NCBI GenBank assembly: GCA_001029735.1
Contig: CP011213.1
Coordinates: 76,087-140,086 of the forward strand
Direction: 5' to 3'
DNA length: 64,000 nucleotides
Source: Berkelbacteria bacterium GW2011_GWE1_39_12
Lineage (GTDB): Bacteria > Patescibacteriota > UBA1384 > UBA12157
Under the pieces are notes generated by a model. It saw only the letters and a list, made by a program, of their open reading frames with translations, had not been told where the DNA came from and ran no database searches. A program made the position numbers and the translations under genes. Numbering within the stretch: position 1 is the first letter of the stretch; each line of letters opens with the position of its first letter. Below are positions 48,210 to 57,031 of this stretch, one piece after another.

Positions 48210-48762
48210 ACCACCGGCGAATGCCGGTGGTATCTATCCTGCCCGCTGATCGCGGGCGAGGTTACAACAGGACTGGTTGAGCTGATTGCTGTTTGTCTTG
48301 GTTTTGAATGTATTTTCTGATTGCTATTTCACTGATGCCGATAGTGGAAACAAAGTATCCACGACTCCAAAAGGTTCCTAAGGGAATCTTTTTGTTTTTC
48401 TTTTTGATCCAAGCGGATGATTTACCTTTCAGAATGCTCATGGCGTAGCTAACAGAGTATTTAGGAGGAATAGAAATATAGATATGAATATGGTCATCGG
48501 CAATATGGATTTCGTAAATCACAAGTCCTTTCCATTTGGCGATCATCTTGAAGATACGTTCAAATTCTTGTTTAATATAGGTAGAACACATGACTCTACC
48601 GCGATACTTTGGTGACCAGACCAAGTGGTATCGACAACAGTATAACGCATGATTTAGTTGGTACAATCGAGAATTAGACAATAAAATCACCTCCTTCCTT
48701 CGTCGGGGTGATTTTATTGTAACGCGATGCTTTAAAACGCACACGCCAGCTAAAGCTGGCGG
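48210..48762 (-). mobile_element. IS200-type insertion sequence (tnpA only)
   Basis: Subterminal hairpins accaccggc/gccggtggt (48210-48231) and cgccagc/gctggcg (48744-48761) flank a Y1 transposase. Confidence 0.85.
48262..48681 (-). CDS. tnpA: IS200/IS605 family Y1 (HUH) transposase
   Basis: YHLVWSPKYR, DHIH, LKGKS, FWSRGYFVST, YIQNQ; TTG start after AGGAGGTG. Confidence 0.95.
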   Translation of the reverse strand: MSNSRLYQLNHALYCCRYHLVWSPKYRGRVMCSTYIKQEFERIFKMIAKWKGLVIYEIHIADDHIHIYISIPPKYSVSYAMSILKGKSSAWIKKKNKKIPLGTFWSRGYFVSTIGISEIAIRKYIQNQDKQQSAQPVLL

Positions 48763-48819
48763 ATTTTCCTTTAACTAAAAACACCCCCGAGGGGGTGTGG
48801 ATAAATTGAGCATTTGTTG

Positions 48820-49461
48820 TTAACCGTCCAAGCACCAAGGAGGCACAGAAAGACTTCTTTTGTCCTTACCATCCCAGCTAATGCCACCAGTAACCACCAT
48901 CTGTGTGATGATCGGTTGATAGGTGTGTTCAGCGACATTTACCCTTTGTGCCAACGACTCAGGCGTGTCATTATCTAGAATTTTGATCCTTTTTACAAAG
49001 ATAATTGGACCGTCGTCATACTTTTCCGTGACAAAATGCATAGTTACGGCTGTGTGAGTGATCTCTCCCCGACTGTACGCAGCCATAACTGCTTCATGAA
49101 CATGGTGACCGTAAAATCCTTGGCCACCAAACTGAGGCAATGGTCCAGGATGAATATTAATTGTGATTTTCGGGTCAAGACCAACAACTGGCCTTAACCA
49201 GCCAGAAAGACAAATAAGATGTGGCTGAAATTCATCTACGAATATCTGATACTCCTCGGCTTCCCACGGACCGGTGAAGAGTCTGAAAGGAACTGTAAGC
49301 CGATCTGCTTTTTGCTGCACTCCGCCATTGTAATGAGTCGAAACAACACCGACAATTTTTGCATCTAGCGTTCCCTTAAGCGTTGCTTCAACCAAATTTA
49401 CAAATCCAGACCCGCCACCCGTCTTTGTGCCATTCACAAATACCAATATCCGCTTTTCCAC
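48820..49461 (-). CDS. purN: Phosphoribosylglycinamide formyltransferase family
   Basis: GGSG, LSGW, INIHPGPLP.FGG, VHEAV, YDDGPII, AEH. Confidence 0.85.
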   Translation of the reverse strand: MEKRILVFVNGTKTGGGSGFVNLVEATLKGTLDAKIVGVVSTHYNGGVQQKADRLTVPFRLFTGPWEAEEYQIFVDEFQPHLICLSGWLRPVVGLDPKITINIHPGPLPQFGGQGFYGHHVHEAVMAAYSRGEITHTAVTMHFVTEKYDDGPIIFVKRIKILDNDTPESLAQRVNVAEHTYQPIITQMVVTGGISWDGKDKRSLSVPPWCLDG

Positions 49462-49557
49462 TGAACACCCCCCCTAAACTATACTTCTGAATTCTTAAAA
49501 TTTGTCTCAACACAAAAATACAGCCACCAGAAAAAAATAGCAAATTATATTAGTTAT

Positions 49558-50043
49558 TTATAGATCTTTTTTGAGTCCGATTTCAAAGACTTCAAAGTCT
49601 TGCTTCTTATAAAAATCGATCCCTTTAAGGTTCGGCGATGAGGCTAAAACCATTATACGATCAGCATTATTTTCTTTAGCCCATTTTTTAAAATCATCGA
49701 CAAGTTGAGTACCAATTCCCCTGCTACGGTATTCTTCTAAAACAATCGTGTTATTTATCTCTGCGATTTTTAACACTTCATTTTTTGTATTTTTATACTC
49801 ATCATCGCTTCTAATTGATGCGGCGAGGTAGCCGATTATATTACCACCCGTTTCAGCAATGAACACTTTTCGGTTTTTGTCAGTCAGTTGTTTTTTAAAG
49901 AAATCGATACCAGTTTCGTTAAATGGCCAATCAGTATCATATAAACTATCGTATTCCCTTTGCTCTTTTACAAACAAAAGATGACTCAGTTTTTGAATCT
50001 CTCCCAAATCCTCGATTTTACCCGACCGTATTTGAATATTCAT
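49558..50043 (-). CDS. GNAT N-acetyltransferase
   Basis: V.EEYRSRGIGT motif A, N...IDFYKK. Confidence 0.9.
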   Translation of the reverse strand: MNIQIRSGKIEDLGEIQKLSHLLFVKEQREYDSLYDTDWPFNETGIDFFKKQLTDKNRKVFIAETGGNIIGYLAASIRSDDEYKNTKNEVLKIAEINNTIVLEEYRSRGIGTQLVDDFKKWAKENNADRIMVLASSPNLKGIDFYKKQDFEVFEIGLKKDL

Positions 50044-51368
50044 TAGATAATATTTAATTTTTCAAATAAGTAGTTCTTTAGTTCTTTTATTTCGACTCGC
50101 TCTTGTTTCATGGTATCGCGGTCGCGGACGGTGACTTTTTGATCTTCCAATGAATCAAAATCAAAGGTGACACAGAATGGCGTGCCGATTTCATCTTGGC
50201 GGCGGTAGCGTCGGCCAATTGATCCAGACTCATCAAACTCAGCCGGCCAACACTTTTTCAAGTCTTCGTAAACTTCTCTTGCCTCTTTGGATATCTTTTT
50301 GACAAGAGGAAAAACGGCGACTTTAACTGGTGCAAGCTTTGGATCCAAATGTAAAACAATTTCTTTTTCAGTAACGGCTTCGGTTGTTTCCGTGCGAGAT
50401 TCTAATTCTTCAAAAGCATCGCAAATTACCGCGAGCAATAATCGCTCGACACCCAATGTCGGCTCGATTACATATGGCCAATATTTTTCTTTGGCTTCTT
50501 CATCAAAATATTTTAGATCTTTACCAGATGCTTCTTCATGCGATTTCAAATCAAAATCTGTCCGGTTAGCAACACCAGCCAGCTCTTTAAACCCAAAAGG
50601 AAAGTTGTACTGTAAATCGGTGGTTCCTTTGGAATAATGAGCTAACCCTTCTTTTGGATGTTCGTAATTCTGAAGGTTTTCTTTTTTAATCCCACAAGAT
50701 AAGACGAACTCTTCCCAGCGCTTTAACCATTCATCAAAAGATTTCTCGTCATCGCCTGGTTTTACAAAATATTCGATTTCCGCAATTTCAAATTCACGAA
50801 CACGGAAGAGATAATCCTTAGTATTAATTTCATTTCTAAAACACTTGCCTATTTGGGCAATACCAACTGGCAATTTTTTACGTGAGGTTTCTAAAACTTG
50901 CTTGAAATCAGTAAACATACCTTGAGCCGTTTCGGGGCGAAGATATGTTTTAGCGTCTTCGTCTTTAACGACGCCGATATACGTTTCAAACATAGCATTA
51001 AATGCTTTCGGCTCAGTTAGTTCATGCGCACCGCCCGATGGGCATTTTCCTTCCGCGACATCATCAGCCTTAAAACGCTGATGACATTTTTTACATTCAA
51101 CCAATTCATCTGTGAAGCCTGCTTCATGGCCAGATGCTTGCCAAACTTTTCGATTCATCAAAATGGCGGACTCTAACCCTACGACATCATCACGATCTTC
51201 AACAAAAGTTTTCCACCAAAGTTTTTTTATGTTATTTTTGAGGGCGACGCCATACGGACCGAGGTCATAAATTCCACCAATGCCACCGTATATTTCTGAT
51301 CCTGGCATAATGTATCCACGTCGTTTTGCCCAGCTAACAATTTTTTCTAAATCTTTGTTTTCTGCCAT
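50043..51368 (-). CDS. glyQS: Glycine--tRNA ligase (alpha2 type)
   Basis: YLRPETAQG, FRNEI, IEPTLGVER, SIGRRYRRQDEIGTP. Confidence 0.97.
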   Translation of the reverse strand: MAENKDLEKIVSWAKRRGYIMPGSEIYGGIGGIYDLGPYGVALKNNIKKLWWKTFVEDRDDVVGLESAILMNRKVWQASGHEAGFTDELVECKKCHQRFKADDVAEGKCPSGGAHELTEPKAFNAMFETYIGVVKDEDAKTYLRPETAQGMFTDFKQVLETSRKKLPVGIAQIGKCFRNEINTKDYLFRVREFEIAEIEYFVKPGDDEKSFDEWLKRWEEFVLSCGIKKENLQNYEHPKEGLAHYSKGTTDLQYNFPFGFKELAGVANRTDFDLKSHEEASGKDLKYFDEEAKEKYWPYVIEPTLGVERLLLAVICDAFEELESRTETTEAVTEKEIVLHLDPKLAPVKVAVFPLVKKISKEAREVYEDLKKCWPAEFDESGSIGRRYRRQDEIGTPFCVTFDFDSLEDQKVTVRDRDTMKQERVEIKELKNYLFEKLNII

Positions 51369-51388
51369 ATTGTCTCCCAGCTAAATTT

Positions 51389-52051
51389 TTAATCTATATT
51401 AATTTCATCATATACTTTTTTTACCTGTTGGGCAACGGCTGAATTGCTATCAACAAGTTCAATCTGATCTCCAACGATCTTTTGAATTTGATTTTTTATT
51501 AAAGTGTAATGAGTACAACCGAGAACTATTACGTCGATATTTTTGTTTTTATAATTTTCCCAAATTTTTGTTACACCTAACCCAGCCACGCCTATTTTAT
51601 TATTCTCAATTTCACCAGCAAGGTTTTCGAAAGGAATTTTGTAAACGATAATATCTTTGCAATATTCATTAATCAATCGGTCGGTCGCTTCACTTTTAGA
51701 CGTGATCGGCGTCGCAAAAACCGCGATATTTTTGGTTTTTGTATTTTTTGCCGCCATTTTAATTGCCGGTTCCACGCCAACGATTGGGATATTAAATCTT
51801 TCTCTTAAATAATTAATCGACGTTACTGTCGCCGAATTACAGGCTAAAACAATAATTTCCGTGCCTTTTGAAATTAATTCCGAAATATTTTTTTCTAAAA
51901 TTCTATTTAGTTCTTCAACTTCTTTAGTGCCGTATGGAAAATTTTTAGAATCAGCGAAATATATTATTTCCGCTTGTGGAATCAATTTTTTAATTTCTTT
52001 TTTGATGCCCCTGCCGCCGATTCCGCTATCGATTATGCCAATTTTTTTCAT
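51389..52051 (-). CDS. murI: Glutamate racemase
   Basis: DSGIGG, PYG, ACNSA, LGCTHY. Confidence 0.95.
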   Translation of the reverse strand: MKKIGIIDSGIGGRGIKKEIKKLIPQAEIIYFADSKNFPYGTKEVEELNRILEKNISELISKGTEIIVLACNSATVTSINYLRERFNIPIVGVEPAIKMAAKNTKTKNIAVFATPITSKSEATDRLINEYCKDIIVYKIPFENLAGEIENNKIGVAGLGVTKIWENYKNKNIDVIVLGCTHYTLIKNQIQKIVGDQIELVDSNSAVAQQVKKVYDEINID

Positions 52052-52075
52052 CTTCTCCTCTCTCATGATTTGCGC

Positions 52076-52804
52076 TTAAATAAGAAAGCTTTCTGATTTT
52101 AAATTTTCCGGATGAAGATTTTTAAAATAGTACTTAATTAATTTAGTTATTTCTTTCTCAGTTATTTTATTTAATTTTATTTTTAAAATATTTTTGATTT
52201 TATGTTTCAAAATTAGGCGTAATAATTTAATGGTCTCGTCGGAAATTTTAAGATCGGCCTTGCAAGCAGGGCAAGCCAAGCCACCGTTTTCTACACTAAA
52301 GAAATTACCTTCGGGCGTAATTTTTTCGCCGCACGCAAGACATTCGTAAAGCTCCGGCTCAAAACCAGTATCTGACAAAAAATTTATTTCAAAAAAAGGC
52401 AAAATTAACGGATGAATTGTCTGATCATTATCATCTAACTCACTTAAGCATTCGGAAAATAAATTGAAAATTTGTTCATGCGGCTCATCATCCGGTAATC
52501 TTTTTTCGATAATTTCCGCCATATAGTACGCAGACTGAGTTGCTTTCAGATTTTTTCGGAGTCCAGGAAAGCATTCTGTCATTTCAGCTGAAGTCAAAAT
52601 GTCTAAGTTCCGGCCTTCGGCCAACATAAAATTACCTGCCGTAAATAGCTCGCAATTTCCGGCGAGCTTAGATAAAGTTTTTCTGATGCCTTTGGCCACA
52701 ACTCGAATCTTGCCGCGATCTTGAGTCAAAATCGTTAAAATGCGATCTGCTTCGCCTAAGTTAGTTCGCTTTAAAATTATGCCTTTAGTTTTGAATATCG
52801 CCAT
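52076..52804 (-). CDS. recO: DNA repair protein RecO
   Basis: GEADRIL...AKGIRK, CxxC...CxxC zinc finger. Confidence 0.95.
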   Translation of the reverse strand: MAIFKTKGIILKRTNLGEADRILTILTQDRGKIRVVAKGIRKTLSKLAGNCELFTAGNFMLAEGRNLDILTSAEMTECFPGLRKNLKATQSAYYMAEIIEKRLPDDEPHEQIFNLFSECLSELDDNDQTIHPLILPFFEINFLSDTGFEPELYECLACGEKITPEGNFFSVENGGLACPACKADLKISDETIKLLRLILKHKIKNILKIKLNKITEKEITKLIKYYFKNLHPENLKSESFLI

Positions 52805-53555
52805 CGGCGCTTCTTTGCTTTAAGATTCCTTCAGCCGCCTTTTGCTGTGCTGGCGTATTGATTCCAAAAGCTTCGCTTTCTTCAGAGACTGGCATTGCAT
52901 ACAAGCGTTTCCCCTGACTAACGGCCATACTAATTAAATCGGTTAAATAATATTCATTCTGTGCATTTTCAGTGGACAAGCGATCGATATTTTCCCAAAG
53001 CCATTTTGAATTAAAGATGTAGAAAGCAGGATTCCATTCTTTGATTAGCGCTTGGTCCGGAGTGCAATCTTTTTGTTCGACAATGCCGGTCACATGACCA
53101 GATTCATCTTCACGTAAAATTCGCCCATAACCCGTTGGATCATCTGAAATAACTGAAAGCATGGCGATCGTTGGCTGACGTTCTTCATAAATATCGATTA
53201 ATTTTTTAATAGTTTCAGGCTTAAATAATGGACAATCACCGCCAAAAACAATCACCGCATCAACTTTATCTTCGAGTAATTCTTTTGCCATTTTAACAGC
53301 GTGGCCTGTGCCCAATTGTTCTTGTTGAATTGCATATTCAACTTTTGAACCCATGTAGTCTTGGACCGTTTCTTTCTTATAACCCACAACTAAAACAATT
53401 TTTTCTATCCCTGCGTCTTGAACCGATTTGACAGCATAAGAAATAATTGGTTTACCCGACAATTCATACATTACCTTTGGAATTGGGCTGGCAGTGCCTT
53501 CATTCATTCTTGTACCTTTGCCGGCCGCTAAAATAACTGCTGCGTATTTTTGCAT
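52785..53555 (-). CDS. Sugar-phosphate nucleotidyltransferase (GlmU N-terminal domain only)
   Basis: LAAGKGTRM, PK, QLGTGHA, GYGRI, EYYLTD; no hexapeptide acetyltransferase domain. Confidence 0.85.
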   Translation of the reverse strand: MQKYAAVILAAGKGTRMNEGTASPIPKVMYELSGKPIISYAVKSVQDAGIEKIVLVVGYKKETVQDYMGSKVEYAIQQEQLGTGHAVKMAKELLEDKVDAVIVFGGDCPLFKPETIKKLIDIYEERQPTIAMLSVISDDPTGYGRILREDESGHVTGIVEQKDCTPDQALIKEWNPAFYIFNSKWLWENIDRLSTENAQNEYYLTDLISMAVSQGKRLYAMPVSEESEAFGINTPAQQKAAEGILKQRSADGDIQN

Positions 53556-53681
53556 ATTAAAATCTCCTCTTTAACTTAATTACATCTTAACCGATATTAA
53601 TATGCAGGTAAAGCGTTGACAAAAAACGCCATTTTCAGGTACAATAAGCACAGCGAAATACGGTTAAGAAGGAGAAGGAGA

Positions 53682-54083
53682 ATGATCGTTGCAAACGCGT
53701 GGATAGGTCTAGTGTTTTTCTGCGGCCTAATGCTCGCAATAGTCTGCTACATCGCCTGGTGCAAAAAACAATGGTTTTATGCCGTAACCTGCACGATTTC
53801 CTCAATAATATGTATAATGTCAGTCGTTATTATGCCATTAACGGGAAGCGCCGCCAAAGAACTGCCGCCAGACGCCAAGTACGACGTTTATCTACCGCAA
53901 GATGGTTATTTCGTCATTCTCGATCGAGGAAATACCGACAAAAGAGTTACGCCGACACTCGTGAAACTCAACCCCAAACTCGTGGAGTTCAAAAAGACCG
54001 ACAAATCGCCGAATATGGTCGTCGAGCCTCGTGCCGACGAAAGTTGGACAGGCAAGAAAGTTACCGTCTATCTCAACCATTAG
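53682..54083 (+). CDS. Hypothetical membrane protein with own promoter and terminator
   Basis: TTGACA-18-TACAAT, AGGAG RBS, two TMs, terminator aaaaccgccc..gggcggttttt. Confidence 0.65.
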   Translation: MIVANAWIGLVFFCGLMLAIVCYIAWCKKQWFYAVTCTISSIICIMSVVIMPLTGSAAKELPPDAKYDVYLPQDGYFVILDRGNTDKRVTPTLVKLNPKLVEFKKTDKSPNMVVEPRADESWTGKKVTVYLNH

Positions 54084-54131
54084 ATTCCAAAACCGCCCCA
54101 AATTTTACTCAGGGCGGTTTTTTAGCTTCAA

Positions 54132-54171
54132 AGATTGCTTCCTCTTCGACAAGTTCAGGGTCGCAATGACA
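54132..54171. repeat. REP-like element agattgc...gcaatgaca
   Basis: attgc/gcaat inverted repeat plus GACA tail, between convergent genes. Confidence 0.5.
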
Positions 54172-54176
54172 AACTG

Positions 54177-54800
54177 CTAATTTAATTTAAAGGTTTCAAT
54201 TATTCCTTTTACATCGAAATTCTTATCACAAAGATCGGTCGGACAAGCTTGCCAGCCACTATAAGCAAAAACATATTTATCATCTCTTGTAATTTCAGTT
54301 GGTGTTGCTCCCCCTTGGGATTCTTCAATCATCTTGTCCCAATTCGCTAAAGTATAGACAGAAATTATGAACGGAGTTGCAAAATCATCAAGTTCGGCCG
54401 GACCCGATTCTGACCAAGACGAATCTGTGGTTGGCATGGAAAAATAAATACTATCATAAGCAAGTGGATCGGAGGTATCCTTCTTCGATACTGCTTTAAA
54501 GCCTTCCCAAGTGTCGTTAAACATCATCGTGAAATCATAAGCACTGTTATTGTATGTCTTCCAATCAACAACAGTAGTAGTTGTCGGGCTAGAAGCTACT
54601 ACAGTCGGTGTCGTTGTTGTTTCTACTGGAGTTGCGGTTGTTTTAGTAGTTTTTTTAGCTGAAGAAAGAGGAGTGTTGTCGTAAATCGTGCTAATTTGAT
54701 CGTTAAAATACCAACAGCCGAATGCAACAATGCCTACTAATAAAGCGATCACCGACCAAGCAATCCAATGAGAAACGTGTTTTTTTTCTTGTGGTTCCAT
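54177..54800 (-). CDS. Membrane-anchored surface protein with Thr-rich linker
   Basis: TM, Thr-rich stalk, WKTY.N..Y.F domain start, ends IIETFKLN. Confidence 0.75.
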   Translation of the reverse strand: MEPQEKKHVSHWIAWSVIALLVGIVAFGCWYFNDQISTIYDNTPLSSAKKTTKTTATPVETTTTPTVVASSPTTTTVVDWKTYNNSAYDFTMMFNDTWEGFKAVSKKDTSDPLAYDSIYFSMPTTDSSWSESGPAELDDFATPFIISVYTLANWDKMIEESQGGATPTEITRDDKYVFAYSGWQACPTDLCDKNFDVKGIIETFKLN

Positions 54801-54916
54801 ATCCCCTCCTAAAGAGATCTTTAAAGTTTATTTCACATATATTGTACACTATTTAAGAAGTTTTTGACATCAAAAAGCGCCTCTTAAAAAGCGCTTTTTG
54901 GTTTTTTGAAAACTTA

Positions 54917-55513
54917 TTAAAACGACATTTCGGAAAGCATCTGGGTGAAGTCGGCTGATGCAGTTTCATCGCCCAAATCATAAGAATCCATGATGAAGGT
55001 AAAATCGTTCTTAGTGAAAACAACAACGCTTCCCTTTTTACCATCATTATCTTTGGCAATACCGCCATTTTTACCGAAAGTTCCTGTGATTTGCTGACCC
55101 GATGTTCCAGCGACAGTAACAGACCTCGCAACTCCATCGGTCATGTAGCCCTTGGTGGCGTCAGTATACAATTTGACTGTTGCATCCAAGTCAGCAGATG
55201 TTCCGCCAGTGTTCCTGTAAATATCCGCCATCACCTTGCCATCTTTTGTAAATTTAACACTGCCATCGCCAGTTAGTTCCCATACGTAGGTGTCTGGACG
55301 GTTAATTTTATACCCATGCTTAACCGATTCATATGTGCTCCATCCGGCCATTGGTTCGACGTCCGCTACAGAAGTCGTTGCTGTTGTTGACGAAGATTCT
55401 GCTTTCTTCCCTGGACCCATTAAGAAATACCATGCCAAAAATATGCCAATGGCGACTACCACAGCAATAATAATCAGCATCCATTTAGACTTCAACTTCG
55501 ATTCTTGTTCCAT
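54917..55513 (-). CDS. Membrane-anchored surface protein, PsbP-like fold (inferred)
   Basis: TM, Ser/Thr linker, WSTY....GY.I..P, ends FTQMLSEMSF. Confidence 0.75.
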   Translation of the reverse strand: MEQESKLKSKWMLIIIAVVVAIGIFLAWYFLMGPGKKAESSSTTATTSVADVEPMAGWSTYESVKHGYKINRPDTYVWELTGDGSVKFTKDGKVMADIYRNTGGTSADLDATVKLYTDATKGYMTDGVARSVTVAGTSGQQITGTFGKNGGIAKDNDGKKGSVVVFTKNDFTFIMDSYDLGDETASADFTQMLSEMSF

Positions 55514-55557
55514 TTTTCCCTCCTAAAGAGAATTAAATAAGTTTGTTTAAGTATATA

Positions 55558-56412
55558 TTAATTTTGACATTGAGAACAGTAGTGGGTACCGCGACCGCCG
55601 ACAGTAATTCTGATTACTTTTCCGCCGCAATCATTCGCACATGGTTTTCCGGTTTGATGATAAACTTTCAAGTGGTCTTGCATCCCACCCTTTGTACCAT
55701 CCGCTCTGACATAATCTGAATCTGTCGTCCCGCCGTACTTTAATCCCATATTTAACACTTTACACATACTATCAATTAGTTTTTGCCACTCTGGCACGGA
55801 AATATCTTTGATTTTTCTTAGAGGGGAAATCCCTGCTTCAAACAATGCTTCATCCGTATAAATATTACCCATACCTGCGGCAATAGTTTGATCCATCAAA
55901 AATTGTTTGATATTTCGATTCGGAATTCTTTTGGCTTTTGATAAAAGATATTCAACCGTAAATTCTTTATCCAGCGGTTCAAAGCCATAATCTTTTTCGT
56001 AGATCGCCTCAATAGCCTGAGGCGATAGAACTTTACACCAGCCAAATTTTCGCATGTCGTTAAAATAAAGTTTGACGTTGTCGGATAATTCAAAAACAAT
56101 CCGTGTGTTTGAGTTTGGTAATTCAGCATGCCAATCATGTGATGGATGACCGCCGGCGAATCTTTCACTGTGATCGATGACAATTAATTGGCCAGTGAGT
56201 TTTAAATGAAATAATAAATTATTGTTATTTGACAATTTGATCTGTATGAGTTTGGCCCGGCGCTCAACGCCACTAATTGTCGATCCGACGACATCTTCAG
56301 TTTTCCCTTGAAAAGATTTGGCAGTATCAAAATCGACACTTATAATCTTTTTGCCAATAATACGATCAGTTAAACCCAGTCGTATTGTCTCTACTTCAGG
56401 AAGTTCGGGCAT
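55558..56412 (-). CDS. mutM: Formamidopyrimidine-DNA glycosylase
   Basis: MPELPEVET, DMRKFG, GNIYTDE, C-terminal zinc finger. Confidence 0.97.
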   Translation of the reverse strand: MPELPEVETIRLGLTDRIIGKKIISVDFDTAKSFQGKTEDVVGSTISGVERRAKLIQIKLSNNNNLLFHLKLTGQLIVIDHSERFAGGHPSHDWHAELPNSNTRIVFELSDNVKLYFNDMRKFGWCKVLSPQAIEAIYEKDYGFEPLDKEFTVEYLLSKAKRIPNRNIKQFLMDQTIAAGMGNIYTDEALFEAGISPLRKIKDISVPEWQKLIDSMCKVLNMGLKYGGTTDSDYVRADGTKGGMQDHLKVYHQTGKPCANDCGGKVIRITVGGRGTHYCSQCQN

Positions 56413-56465
56413 CTATACTCCTTATTGTTTCTCCGCCAGCTGGCGGATTCCGGTAGTTCTGGCAT

Positions 56466-56975
56466 TTATTCCTTCTTTCCTTGTTCAAACTCAATTAACT
56501 GGCTGTGACCAATATTTATTAATCCTATCTTTTCACCAGACACATGCGAGGCGACAATTTCTCCTAAAAATATTGTGTGGTCAGAAGTATCCATTTGATC
56601 AACTAATTTACATTCAAAGCAGGCTAAGGATTCGTCAATTATTGGAATCGATATGTTATCTGCACTTAACAATTTAAAGGCCGTTTTAGATAATTTATCT
56701 TCCTTCCATGCTGAATGAAAACCGCAGTACAAAGTATCTTTCTTTTGTTTACTGGATGGCAGACAAACTACAAATTCTTTCGTGTCTATTATTGATTGGT
56801 GAGTAAAATGTTTCTTGGCAACACCAATGGCCCAAGTTTCTGGATTCGACGAGCCAAGCATTGCCCAGCCAATTGGTGCCACATCAACTTTTCCATCTTT
56901 TGATTTTGTCACCACATTGACGACGATTTCCGGATGACGAAATTTCATCGCCTCATTTATATCTACTTTTTTCAT
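56466..56975 (-). CDS. Flavin reductase family protein
   Basis: FECKL...DHTIFLGEI signature. Confidence 0.88.
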   Translation of the reverse strand: MKKVDINEAMKFRHPEIVVNVVTKSKDGKVDVAPIGWAMLGSSNPETWAIGVAKKHFTHQSIIDTKEFVVCLPSSKQKKDTLYCGFHSAWKEDKLSKTAFKLLSADNISIPIIDESLACFECKLVDQMDTSDHTIFLGEIVASHVSGEKIGLINIGHSQLIEFEQGKKE

Positions 56976-57031
56976 TTTATGCTAAATAATTTCCATAATT
57001 TACTTTAGTAAATTTCCGCGAGATTATCTTT

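Noticed and set aside
46900-48805. Replication origin
   Set aside because: Only three or four scattered DnaA boxes, no dnaA/dnaN, no clear unwinding element
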